From Candidatus Dadabacteria bacterium (GTDB taxonomy: Bacteria; Desulfobacterota_D; UBA1144; Nemesobacterales; CSP1-2): DNA of 46,479 bases. Below the pieces are notes generated by a model. The model saw only the letters and a program-made list of their open reading frames with translations, was not told where the DNA came from and did no database searches. The translations under genes and the position numbers were made by a program. The stretch covers positions 54,740 to 101,218 of the forward strand of contig PSLL01000004.1 of the NCBI GenBank assembly GCA_040289575.1, given 5' to 3'. Numbering within the stretch: the first letter of the stretch is position 1; each line of letters begins with the position of its first letter. Below are positions 30,310-39,703 of this stretch, in pieces.

Positions 30310-31503
30310 CTAGCTTGAGTTCTCCTTATGATACTTTTCATGTAGAAATTCTACATAAGAGACAAGGTTCCATATTTGATCAGGGGGAAGTGAAAAACCA
30401 GGCATCGGTGTCCCTTTTATACCAAGCCGTATCGTTCTGTATATCTGTTCTGGCGACCCCTTTTTGAATGGTTCGGTTGCAAAATTCCTCGGCAATATAT
30501 CTATGGGCTTGCCGTCTTGCCCAAGCCAATTGGTTTCCAGATCAAGTCGCTTCGCATTCTTCCCTAAATCCTCTATATCACCGTGGCACACACCGCATGC
30601 GGCTTGAAAAAACGTTCTGCCCTTCTGTATCCTATCATCTACAGGTTTAAAATTGTCGGTTTTCAAAGCCTCAGCCAAGTCATCCGGCACCTTCAGGTCA
30701 ACGACGGCAGGGTCTGGTTTCTTCATTCCGAACCTCCATTGCATGTATCCGAAGCCCATAACATATTCAGTAAGCGCTTTGATCTCCTCTTCGGTTAGAT
30801 CGGCAAACCCCGGCATAGGGGTTCCAGGAAGACCATTTCTTATCGTATCCTCTATATCTTCCTCCAGAGCGGGACCTTGCTGGGCCGAGCTAAATTTAAA
30901 AACCACTTTTCCGTCTTTTACTATATTCCCATCACCTCTAATAAAATGGGATTCACCGGTAAAATCCCTTGGGGCAACCGCGAGTTTTTCAGGGGTCCTC
31001 GGATGGCCGTTTCCCTTCTCGCCATGACACGATACACACCGGTATTCGTAAAGGTTCTGCCCTTCTTCCATGAGTTTAAAATCAGGCTCCCAGTATATCT
31101 CTAGTTCTCCCAAAAGGTTTTTAATATCCTCAATTTGTGGAATATCTGGATGTGATCCGTTGGACAGAAGGGCTATGGTGCCTTCGACTAGACTGTTGTT
31201 TTCATCTTTGGGCAGAACCTGTTTTAGTTTGCCAACGTTTGATCTCACCTCCTCTAGTCTCTCTTTCAGACCCTCTACTTTTTCTCCTTCCATCTTTGTC
31301 TTTTTAAGCCCGTCCACTGCGGCATCTATTGCTGAATCTATTTCTTTTACCTTAGCGGTTCTAAATGAAATCTCCTTCGCTCTGAGCGCCTCCTCTTTAA
31401 CCTCCTGAGGATACAAACTCGAACCCGCCTTAATGAAAAAAAATGATAGAGACATGGCCAGTGCTATACAAAGAACGGCTATTACAGAAAGGAAAACCCT
31501 CAT
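30310..31503 (-). CDS. Membrane-anchored di-heme cytochrome c
   Basis: N-terminal TM; CVSCH and CGVCH, each followed by PRDF/PRNF and GTPMPGF (Met ligand). Start is either ATG 31503 or GTG 31515. Confidence 0.9.
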   Translation of the reverse strand: MRVFLSVIAVLCIALAMSLSFFFIKAGSSLYPQEVKEEALRAKEISFRTAKVKEIDSAIDAAVDGLKKTKMEGEKVEGLKERLEEVRSNVGKLKQVLPKDENNSLVEGTIALLSNGSHPDIPQIEDIKNLLGELEIYWEPDFKLMEEGQNLYEYRCVSCHGEKGNGHPRTPEKLAVAPRDFTGESHFIRGDGNIVKDGKVVFKFSSAQQGPALEEDIEDTIRNGLPGTPMPGFADLTEEEIKALTEYVMGFGYMQWRFGMKKPDPAVVDLKVPDDLAEALKTDNFKPVDDRIQKGRTFFQAACGVCHGDIEDLGKNAKRLDLETNWLGQDGKPIDILPRNFATEPFKKGSPEQIYRTIRLGIKGTPMPGFSLPPDQIWNLVSYVEFLHEKYHKENSS

Positions 31504-31664
31504 CGCAGGAACCACCGTTCAGATTCTAAAAAGCTAAACGACTAATATAATAGACTACCTTAAGTCGAATGTGTTTCAACTGACTTTTTATATCTTTCGA
31601 TACTTCTGACATAAGTTTCGGCGTATATTCCGTTGTATTGTGTCATAACAAATTCTTATGGTGA

Positions 31665-31696
31665 GGTGGGTGTATATGTATATTACACCCACCTTC
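31665..31696. terminator. Stem-loop downstream of the 31728-32042 gene
   Basis: AGGTGGGTGTA...TACACCCACCT inverted repeat; no clear U-tract. Confidence 0.5.
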
Positions 31697-31727
31697 CTTC
31701 TCAAATTTTAATTACTTAGCCCATTGG

Positions 31728-32042
31728 CTAATTCTCCATACCCTCAGAACCACCCATATTCTTGATATTGTGGATCACGGCTGCCCTTCTATTTCTCATT
31801 CCAATAATGACATTATCACCAACCCGAGCCCTTTCGAGTTGTAATGGTGCAGCGGGTATAACTATGTGTATTGTACCCCTGCTGTCCTTGACTACGAGAC
31901 TATCCCCTTCAATATCATTTATCTGACCCATAAGGGTTATCTCCCGGGTGTTTGTCTCTGTTTTTGTACCATTAGCAAACGAGCTTACTCCGCCAAGGGT
32001 GAGCCCCGCCGCTATAAAAATAGATATAAGTAACAATCTCAT
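31728..32042 (-). CDS. Small secreted hypothetical protein (possible OB-fold)
   Basis: RBS AAGGAGG, signal peptide ending SFA, G.I..I.G..LVV...RVGDNV pattern. Confidence 0.65.
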   Translation of the reverse strand: MRLLLISIFIAAGLTLGGVSSFANGTKTETNTREITLMGQINDIEGDSLVVKDSRGTIHIVIPAAPLQLERARVGDNVIIGMRNRRAAVIHNIKNMGGSEGMEN

Positions 32043-32125
32043 CGGACTTACCTCCTTCTTACCCTATTCTATGGATAAGCTTAATTAAATCATCGGATGG
32101 CCATTTCTCAATCCCGGATAACTGC

Positions 32126-32266
32126 CTACACCGTTAGTATTTTGCATACACCGTACCTTTTCATCTTCTTATAAATACCCCTTTGCCTCATGCCGGAATG
32201 TTCGGCAACAAGCCTCACGCTCCCTTTAAACCTCTTAAGAAGTGCCAATAAATATTCCTTTTCTGC
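32126..32266 (-). pseudogene. Orphan C-terminal Fis-type HTH of a sigma-54 activator
   Basis: Manual translation AEKEYLLALLKRFKGSVRLVAEHSGMRQRGIYKKMKRYGV; no AAA+ domain upstream. Confidence 0.65.
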
Positions 32267-32417
32267 CGCACCCCGGACACCTCATATAGCAGAGTTCCTT
32301 TATAGCCCGCTCCTGCCTTTCCAAAATCTCCTGCTTTATTTTCTCTTTGAGACGCTTTATCTTTTCTGCATTCTCTCTAACAAAATATTCATCCTCTATT
32401 TTTCTTAACTTGTCCAA
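32265..32417 (-). pseudogene. N-terminal half of a small zf-TFIIB-type zinc-ribbon protein
   Basis: EDEYF.RE...KELCYMRCPGCG, then homology stops; the second CxxC is missing. Confidence 0.6.
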
Positions 32418-32614
32418 CCCCCTAAATTAACTGTCTTATAAAATCAATAAATCCCGCTCCCCCCACACCCGGTGTTATGAGAACTTTGAATAGGATTTTT
32501 TTATGACTAGGTAGCAATAAGAAGCCATACTGTCTAGTCGTCTCCAGTTGTATGGTAAGCTCAAGTTCGAGTCCGGGCATTATGAGCCGAGCATATTATG
32601 CTCCTCTAACATAG

Positions 32615-32630
32615 TGCATAGGCCATGCCA
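32615..32630 (-). promoter_or_regulatory. sigma-54 -24/-12 promoter
   Basis: TGGCATGGCCTATGCA (GG-N10-GC), followed by AGAGGAG. Confidence 0.5.
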
Positions 32631-32912
32631 GAATAAAGAAGATTCAATACCGAGAAATTCTCATGTATTTACTGGCAATTATGATGGACATGATTTATAC
32701 CAGTTGATTAAATACGAACTTTTCGTTCGTAATAAGAACTCTTAGTTCAAACTTAAAAGTCATGCATATGTCAATTTTCATTTTGAAATATTACATTAAT
32801 AAATATAGTCCTCACATATACTTAGATAGACTACGAGTCTGCCCATTGTCTTAAACGTGAAAGTGCCTTAATGATACATCTCAATGGGAAATTGGGATTA
32901 GGATAGATTTAG

Positions 32913-33343
32913 TGAAGCTCCCCCACCACAGGTGGGGACTTCTTTAAAAAATCCTTATGAGCAGCGTAGTAGCCTCTAAAAAAGACTTAACTGTCTACAA
33001 GAAATCTCCTCATACTTATGATACTCTATGTACTTGCGTATCTGCTCTGCTGTAACCTCATCTCCCACTGTCTTTACAAAATACCCTCTCTCCCAGAAAT
33101 TGATTCGCCATAGCTTTAGCTCCTTCCTATCTATCAATCTCCATCTGGTGATTTGAAGCTATCTCCTGAAAGATTTCTTCAACTCGACTTCTTATCTCTT
33201 TCCTATCTATCCACCCCCTGTATTTAGGAGTCCAAACAATGTGATATTTGGTATCATGTGGGGTACGTTTCAGTGTCATACAAAACTGTATCACACTGAG
33301 TGTGCCTTTCATCCCCCACTACAAATGGGGGCTTTCAGGCACA
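32913..33343 (-). mobile_element. tnpA: Internally deleted IS200/IS605-family element (tnpA remnant 32976-33279) with both end hairpins
   Basis: KYHIVWTPKYR N-part and FWERGYFVKTVG...IRKYIEYH C-part lie in different frames and the HUH motif is absent. Hairpins at 32914-32942 and 33301-33343. Confidence 0.88.
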
Positions 33344-33370
33344 ATTCAGTAATTTTAGAAACTTAGATTC

Positions 33371-33386
33371 TGGTATGGAGTTTGCA
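33371..33386 (+). promoter_or_regulatory. sigma-54 -24/-12 promoter
   Basis: TGGTATGGAGTTTGCA, 45 nt upstream of the HMA gene. Confidence 0.65.
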
Positions 33387-33431
33387 ACTCCACTGTCATA
33401 AAAAGCGTCTAAACCTTAGAGGTAAACAGAT

Positions 33432-33964
33432 ATGAGAGGTTTTGTTTGGGGATTAATAATTGGAATGATTTTTCTCTTATCGGCTGGACTCAGCACCGAA
33501 TCAGCTGAAGAATGGCAAACCCTAGAGCTCAGGATATTTGGTGTATGTCCGGCCTGTGATAGCGATGTCAAATCAAGGGTCTTAAGCATTCCCGGAGTCG
33601 CTGAGGCTAATCTTGATCTTATCAAAAAGAAACTCTTTGTGACATTTGATCTGGAATCTGTAAGTGAGACGAAAATAATAATAGCTCTGGAGGAGGGGGG
33701 TATGAAGTAAGGCGTCCATTTAGGAAGAAGAGGCTTGAGAGGGTGATCCTTGAGGTCTCTGGAATAAAGGATAAAAGCGAGATAACCGAGATCGAAAGGA
33801 CGTTCTATGCCTTCTATGATGTAGATAGAGTGGAGATATCAAAGCACTCGGGTAATCTCATTACAACCATAGATTTTAGAAGGGATGGGCTTGACCCAGG
33901 GCAGTTGGTTATGTCACTGAAGGACAGCTTGCCCCATGCATGTGTGGAAATAATACCAAGCTGA
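33432..33964 (+). CDS. Secreted two-domain HMA (heavy-metal-associated) protein, split by a 1-nt indel
   Basis: Signal peptide, GVCPAC, PGV..A..D. Adding one G to the G6 run (33695-33700) joins both ORFs via GGYEVRRPFRKKRLERVILEVSGI. Confidence 0.72.
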
Positions 33965-34189
33965 CAGACGCTGGAGACCCAGGTCGGGACAGAGATAAAA
34001 GCGCAGGACGTTAAGCACCAGTAAAATTGTATGGAATGAAATCAAATTGAAACTGGCGGCAGGAGCTATTGTTGATCATGTGCCATAAGACCATTAATCG
34101 TACCCTAAATCTGCGCAATTTGCTATAGGGAATAATCCCTTATTTTTATAAGTACTTGAAAAGATTCATATCATGATTAGATTAAATAC

Positions 34190-34205
34190 TGGCACAGAAT
34201 TTGCA
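34190..34205 (+). promoter_or_regulatory. sigma-54 -24/-12 promoter with upstream IHF-like site
   Basis: Consensus TGGCACAGAATTTGCA; IHF-like TTTCAAGTACTTA on the minus strand at about 34149-34161. Confidence 0.8.
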
Positions 34206-34234
34206 CAGATGATAAAGTTAGGAGGCAAAAATAA

Positions 34235-34450
34235 ATGACAATAACAATAGCTCCCTTCACGGTTGACTCAAAAGGCAGCTACACGGCACCGCTAGTTGGA
34301 GATACAGAGAAGGAGAAACCTACTCAAAAGAATTCTCTTACCTATTGGGGAATCTACATAGACGACAAATACGTTTCCTACACATCGAGTAAAGAGTTGG
34401 CTGAAAAGACAAAAGTATGGATGGAGAAGTGGCTAAGGAATAGACTTTAA
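34235..34450 (+). CDS. Small hypothetical protein
   Basis: RBS AGGAGG, sigma-54 promoter upstream, hairpin downstream. Confidence 0.7.
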   Translation: MTITIAPFTVDSKGSYTAPLVGDTEKEKPTQKNSLTYWGIYIDDKYVSYTSSKELAEKTKVWMEKWLRNRL

Positions 34451-34764
34451 AAGAAAAAGAGAGCCTCATAAGGGTTCTCTCGCTCTTTGAAAAAGTTTCC
34501 GGTTAAATACCTTTAACAGGATATGCTTTTTAGAAACCATCTAATAATAAATTCGAGCGCAAGAAGTACTGTTAAGAAGGGTGCGCCGTCATTATTTGCA
34601 GTAGCCCGTATTTATTAGTTTCTTCATTATTCCCAGATTATTGTGATATATACTAAGCGAGATTGTAAATTCGCTCAGACTGAAACCTATACCGACCCTA
34701 TCAGTTTAAATACCTGAAAGGGTCAAAATACCAAACTAGTCTTTCAAATAAGGAGATTAAAAAG

Positions 34765-36084
34765 ATGAAAAAGAAACTCATAATGATTGGCTTGGCATTG
34801 GCGATGCTTTTTAGCATTGAATATGCAAGGCAAGTTCAAGCCCACACGACAGTTAGCTTCAATCTGTTTTTCGATGCCCTTGCCCCCTATGGCAACTGGG
34901 TATCAACGCCGGACTACGGATATGTATGGTCTCCCACTGATGTGGGACCTGATTGGGAGCCTTACACTAACGGATACTGGGTCTGGACAGATTACGGATG
35001 GACATGGGTCTCTTATGAGCCTTGGGGCTGGGCCCCGTTTCACTATGGAAGATGGGTATATACCGATTATTATGGATGGGTCTGGATACCCGGTACTGTT
35101 TGGGCACCTGCATGGGTTACATGGTATAAAAGCCCTGACTACATAGGATGGGCACCCCTTCCACCCGACGAGCGATTCTCGCTCGAAGTAGGCATAAGTT
35201 TTTCCAACCGTAATTACTATGTACCATACAGGGATGTTGTGTTTGTTCCTTCGCACGCTTTCCTAAGTACTCACATTCGTAATGTAATCGTTCCGCGATC
35301 GAGAAATATTACTATTATCAGAAACACGAAAGTCATAAACAACATAACAATTCAAAATAACAGGGTTATAAATCGGGGCCCTGATGTGAATTTTGTTGAG
35401 AGAGCTACAAGAGCAAGGATTCAAAAGGTGAATCTGGTTGATAGAGATGTAGACCAGCGTACGGTTATCAGAGGCGGTAAAATTAACCAAATAAAAGGAA
35501 AGGACTTTTATGTATACCGTCCCGATGTGATTAGGAAGGGAAATGAAGCACCCGTAATTAAAAAGAATGTTGAAAAAAATACTATCCAAAACAGAAACAG
35601 AAATGTAGAAATCGAGAATAAAAACAGGAAAAATGTAGAAATCCGAAACGAGGGCTACCTCACACCTAATCAAGGGCATACGGTATTTAATAGGGATGCC
35701 GAAAACAACCCTATGAAAATCAAGAATAAAAATAAAGAAGTCTACAACCCAAATGAAAAAAAGATTAAGAAACAGGAAAGAATTGAAAACCGGAATAACC
35801 CTCAGAACCCGAAGCCGCATCAACAGTACCCAATGAGACGGGATGATAATAATAGAAAAGGGAATCCTTTTGTAATGCAAGATACCTTTAAATCCCACAG
35901 CCCTGTTATACGTCCAGAAAACCGCCAGCCGGTATATAGAAATACCGAGAAAGAGGCTCCACATTATCAATTTAATTCGGACATTAAAGGACAGAAGTTC
36001 CAGAAGAAGGACTTTGGACAGCACCCAAACAACAGAAACCTGGATTCACGCCGAAACCATAAGCAAATCGATCGGAACGGTTAA
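34765..36084 (+). CDS. Secreted DUF6600-like protein (W/Y/G/P-rich repeats plus N/K/R-rich disordered tail)
   Basis: LAPYGNW, WEPYTNG.W, EPWGWAPFHYGRW, WAPAWV.W, IGWAPLPP. Confidence 0.85.
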   Translation: MKKKLIMIGLALAMLFSIEYARQVQAHTTVSFNLFFDALAPYGNWVSTPDYGYVWSPTDVGPDWEPYTNGYWVWTDYGWTWVSYEPWGWAPFHYGRWVYTDYYGWVWIPGTVWAPAWVTWYKSPDYIGWAPLPPDERFSLEVGISFSNRNYYVPYRDVVFVPSHAFLSTHIRNVIVPRSRNITIIRNTKVINNITIQNNRVINRGPDVNFVERATRARIQKVNLVDRDVDQRTVIRGGKINQIKGKDFYVYRPDVIRKGNEAPVIKKNVEKNTIQNRNRNVEIENKNRKNVEIRNEGYLTPNQGHTVFNRDAENNPMKIKNKNKEVYNPNEKKIKKQERIENRNNPQNPKPHQQYPMRRDDNNRKGNPFVMQDTFKSHSPVIRPENRQPVYRNTEKEAPHYQFNSDIKGQKFQKKDFGQHPNNRNLDSRRNHKQIDRNG

Positions 36085-36102
36085 TCCAATAAATAACCAG
36101 AG

Positions 36103-36146
36103 ATAAAAAAGGGGAAGTACCTTGCACGGTACTTCCCCTTTTTTAT
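36103..36146. terminator. Bidirectional rho-independent terminator
   Basis: AAAAAAGGGGAAGTACC-loop-GGTACTTCCCCTTTTTT. Confidence 0.88.
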
Positions 36147-36190
36147 AGAACGCCCTTATAATCCCCCATATACCCCAGGCTATATAAGAT

Positions 36191-37792
36191 TTGTTTATTA
36201 CAAATCCATTTGGTAAAGTAGTTAGTTTTACTGGCCCTAACAGGAGCACAAAAGTCATATCCAACAAAGATCAAATAGCTATCTTACTTATACCTATCAC
36301 TTTATTGGGAATATTTCTCCGACTCTACAGGCTCGGCTCAAATAGCCTATGGTTTGATGAAGCCGTGAGTGTTTGGTTTGCCAACCGCTCCTTAAGAGAC
36401 GTGCTCTTGATGCAGCCAAGTGGGGATGTTCATCCGCCTCTCTATTACTTGATTCTCAACCTATGGATAAAGGTCTTTGGAATCAGGGAGTTTCAAGTGA
36501 GGCTCATTCCGGCCATCTTCGGGATTGCAAGTATCCCTTTGCTCTATATCGTTGTAAGAACCCTATTTAGAAATCCATCGGTGGCTTTAGTTTCAGCACT
36601 TATTCTTTGCATATCTCCATTTCATGTCTACTATTCACAAGAATCGAGAATGTATAGCCCTCTTACATTCTTTGTTCTTCTATCAATTCTCTTTATGGCT
36701 AAGATGCTCTCTATAGACAATCAAAAGGAGGTAGGAAAGAGTCCGTTTCTTTACTTTATCGGCTATGTCCTCTCTACGGCAGCGGCTCTCTATTGCCACA
36801 ATATTGCACTATTTCTGCCCGTAGCCCAAAATCTCTTTTTTATATTTTTTTGGAGGAGATATAAGTCCCTGTTAAAATTTTGGATACCGTCTGTATTGAT
36901 AATCCTGATTCTGTGGACTCCATGGATCTCTTTTTTCTTCAAACAAACCTCAATGGTGCACAAAGATTTCTATGCCCCTCGGATCACATGGGGGAGCATA
37001 GCCGACGTTTTCGCCACTTTTGATAACGGCCCTGCTTTTTGGTTATTTAATTGGATGGGAATAGACCATTTAAATCTCATCCGAGGAAGGTTGGTTCTAT
37101 TAACCCTTATCTTATTCGGTACTCTATTTTTAATCGGGGTTATTTCTGCGCGCCATAATCCTCAGCCTTTTGTGTTTCTTTTGCTTACCCTCTTTGTTCC
37201 GATAGGAGCCGAGGTTTTAATAAGTTTAAAGCGCCCTATTCTCACCACACAAACCCTTATATGGGCTTCCGTGCCCTATTATGTTTTAATCGCAAATGGA
37301 ATTGTTGCATTAAGAAACAGATGGACGGTTGGTATGGGAATCGTTTTAATTACCATATTTAGCTCCTCTGCCCTTTATAAATACTACGCCGATTTTGAGA
37401 AAGAGCGCTGGGACCTTGCCGCCCATTACGTTGCCAAAAACCTAGACAAGAATGATCTGATTCTCTTTAATTCGGGCTTTGGACAGATTCCATTTGATTA
37501 TTATTTTGATAGATATCATAAGCTAAATACAGAAGAGCACGGCGTTCCGAAAGACCTCAGCGAGAAAAGAATGGATTTAGAGAGCTTGCCCGAACTGAAA
37601 AAGTCAATACAGGGTTATAAAAGAGTATGGCTTATATACAGCCATGAAGAATTTACAGATCCTCAAAGGCTCTCTAAGGCAACCCTCGAGAAGAGTTATT
37701 GCATCTCCAATCAGAAGGATTTCAAGAGCAGCCAAAACAAAATTATATGTTACTTATTTGAGAGATGTGATAAGGATTGTTTAAATGAATGA
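36191..37792 (+). CDS. GT-C fold membrane glycosyltransferase (family 39/PMT_2-like)
   Basis: SLWFDEA, DVHPPLYY, SPFHVYYSQESRMY, many TM helices. Start uncertain. Confidence 0.85.
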   Translation: MFITNPFGKVVSFTGPNRSTKVISNKDQIAILLIPITLLGIFLRLYRLGSNSLWFDEAVSVWFANRSLRDVLLMQPSGDVHPPLYYLILNLWIKVFGIREFQVRLIPAIFGIASIPLLYIVVRTLFRNPSVALVSALILCISPFHVYYSQESRMYSPLTFFVLLSILFMAKMLSIDNQKEVGKSPFLYFIGYVLSTAAALYCHNIALFLPVAQNLFFIFFWRRYKSLLKFWIPSVLIILILWTPWISFFFKQTSMVHKDFYAPRITWGSIADVFATFDNGPAFWLFNWMGIDHLNLIRGRLVLLTLILFGTLFLIGVISARHNPQPFVFLLLTLFVPIGAEVLISLKRPILTTQTLIWASVPYYVLIANGIVALRNRWTVGMGIVLITIFSSSALYKYYADFEKERWDLAAHYVAKNLDKNDLILFNSGFGQIPFDYYFDRYHKLNTEEHGVPKDLSEKRMDLESLPELKKSIQGYKRVWLIYSHEEFTDPQRLSKATLEKSYCISNQKDFKSSQNKIICYLFERCDKDCLNE

Positions 37793-38162
37793 AGAACCTC
37801 GGGAGAAAAAAGAAATTCATACAATCAACCTGGATGAATTTCTTGCTGCATCATTTGTAAGTAGAGAAAAACCGCTAAGGATTGAAATCTGTAAAGAGGG
37901 AACCCAAGGCTATATATCGGTCCTAGTATCTACAGCCGAAGAAGATATAGAGGAGGATGGTATAGATTTCGAATTGTCTCCGTGTGAGTGCCTAGATTTT
38001 GACAATATGCAGGTTTCAGATTTTCTTAAAAAGCCCGTTTTTACGAGCTCTGCCTATGAGTTTTTCGACTTTATGTTTATGTTCTTCACCTCTCTTGAGT
38101 GCATTGTGGATTTTACAGGAAACACATGGAAGGTAAGGGTCTTAAGAACCAATAAGATTTAG
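37785..38162 (+). CDS. Hypothetical acidic protein
   Basis: ORF overlapping the upstream stop; no recognisable motif. Confidence 0.6.
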   Translation: MNEEPREKKEIHTINLDEFLAASFVSREKPLRIEICKEGTQGYISVLVSTAEEDIEEDGIDFELSPCECLDFDNMQVSDFLKKPVFTSSAYEFFDFMFMFFTSLECIVDFTGNTWKVRVLRTNKI

Positions 38163-38261
38163 ATTATCCTGAAATATATTACGTTCATCTCGCAGTATCC
38201 ATACCAACCGGTTTGTTTCTTGATTTTTCAATATTCATAGAAGGTTACAAAAGAGAATCAT

Positions 38262-38356
38262 GAAAAATTAGAAGGGGAACCCTACTTAGGAGTTCCCCAC
38301 TTTCTTAAAGGAGGATGGAGGATGACATTAAAGTTAAGTTGTTTTATTAACTTATA
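38262..38356 (-). ncRNA. Candidate small RNA with tandem anti-SD motifs
   Basis: TTGACA-N17-TATTTT (38390-38362), body containing CATCCTCCATCCTCCTT, GC hairpin plus T-rich tail. Confidence 0.4.
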
Positions 38357-38497
38357 ATATAAAAATAAAGCCATTTACTTTAAATGTCAAGGGGTAAATT
38401 CAAAATAATCGAAATTTTGGCTTCTACCCAATCTCAGATATAATATTCAGCCAGCCCAAAAGTACTAGGTCAATCAACTAGGAGGAGAAGAAAAGAG

Positions 38498-38821
38498 ATG
38501 AAAGTAAAAGATCTTGATAAGATAGTAGAAGCGTGGAAAAGCCACATTTTGGTGGATGCCCTTTGGGGCTACTCTCTAGAGATTGACGAGGATGTACCCA
38601 GGGAATTTGCGGCAATAGCTCTCTACCTGGACTCATTAACTGTTCGAGCGGCAGGTGAGACCACTGAGTTTTACGATGGCTATAGAAAGGCCTCAAAGGA
38701 TGTTTTAGAGCTAATCGGTGTCGAGATGATACAGGATGATGAGATGAAAACAATTCTCATAAAGCGGAAAATTACCGAAGAAGACAAGCAAGAGATATTA
38801 AAACAGTATATCTGGGGGTAA
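38498..38821 (+). CDS. Hypothetical protein
   Basis: RBS AGGAGGAG; coding-like composition. Confidence 0.7.
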   Translation: MKVKDLDKIVEAWKSHILVDALWGYSLEIDEDVPREFAAIALYLDSLTVRAAGETTEFYDGYRKASKDVLELIGVEMIQDDEMKTILIKRKITEEDKQEILKQYIWG

Positions 38822-38853
38822 CTTCTGAGGTTAATCGCTACATTCCTACTTAG

Positions 38854-39648
38854 ATGAAAATTGCCGATTTATTTGACCACTTTTTAATTGACCTAGATGG
38901 CGTGGTCTATGTCGGAGATAAACCAACTGCCGGGGCTAAAGAAACCATTGCAACCCTAAGAGCAATGGGAAAGAGTGTGGTTTTTCTTACGAATGACCCA
39001 AGAAGCTCATCCGGCGAATACGCAGAAAGGCTAAAGTCTATGAGCATCCATGCAACCCCAAATGACGTAATAACATCGGGGATGGCAATTGCCCTCTACA
39101 TTAAAGAACACTATGGACCGGATTGCGGCAAAGCATATGTTGTCGGAAGCCCCGCGCTTAAAGAAGAGATCAAAAAGGTTGGGCTCAAGCTTGCCGACGG
39201 TGAGGAATCCAAAAAAGCAAACTTTGTTATAGTCGGCGGACATCCGGAATTCAATTATGAGGAAATGAAACTCGCCACAATCGCAATAAGGGGCGGCGCC
39301 CACTTCTTCGGAACAAACCGTGATCCGCTCTTTCCCACACCCGAAGGGCTAGTTCCCGCAACGGGAGCAATAGTGGCATCAATCGAATTTGCTTCAGGGA
39401 AAAAGGCAATTACAGCCGGGAAACCAGAGCCCATAATGTTTGATGTGGCAAAGAGGCTCCTTTCATCTCAAGAGAGAATCGCAATTATAGGAGACAGGCT
39501 CGACACAGATATTGCGGGAGGCAAACGCGCAGGGATTGCCACGATACTCGCCCTCTCGGGCTCTACAGATAGAGATGAACTCTCTCGAGCTGACATTATC
39601 CCCGATTACGTTATTGATGATCTGAGGGATTTGCTAATGGAAATGTAA
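38854..39648 (+). CDS. HAD-IIA family hydrolase (NagD-like)
   Basis: DLDGV, LTN, GKPEP, GDRLDTDIAGG. Confidence 0.93.
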   Translation: MKIADLFDHFLIDLDGVVYVGDKPTAGAKETIATLRAMGKSVVFLTNDPRSSSGEYAERLKSMSIHATPNDVITSGMAIALYIKEHYGPDCGKAYVVGSPALKEEIKKVGLKLADGEESKKANFVIVGGHPEFNYEEMKLATIAIRGGAHFFGTNRDPLFPTPEGLVPATGAIVASIEFASGKKAITAGKPEPIMFDVAKRLLSSQERIAIIGDRLDTDIAGGKRAGIATILALSGSTDRDELSRADIIPDYVIDDLRDLLMEM

Positions 39649-39703
39649 TAAAAGACTTTTTGGCTAAAATTATTTTAATCTCAGGACTCAAAAGGGGATA
39701 ACA

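Noticed and set aside
31638-31651. FNR/CRP-like palindrome TTGTG-TCAT-AACAA upstream of the oxidase operon
   Set aside because: Weak match in AT-rich DNA and not distinguishable from chance.
32548-32745. 65-aa ORF in the AT-rich gap
   Set aside because: No RBS or motif, and it overlaps a putative promoter on the other strand.
23510-34450. Accessory block as a tRNA-Lys-integrated island
   Set aside because: It lies on the 5' side of the tRNA, and I saw no integrase or duplicated tRNA 3' end.
35263-36024. 253-aa hydrophobic minus-strand ORF
   Set aside because: Antisense artefact of the A-rich N/K/R tail of the DUF6600-like gene.
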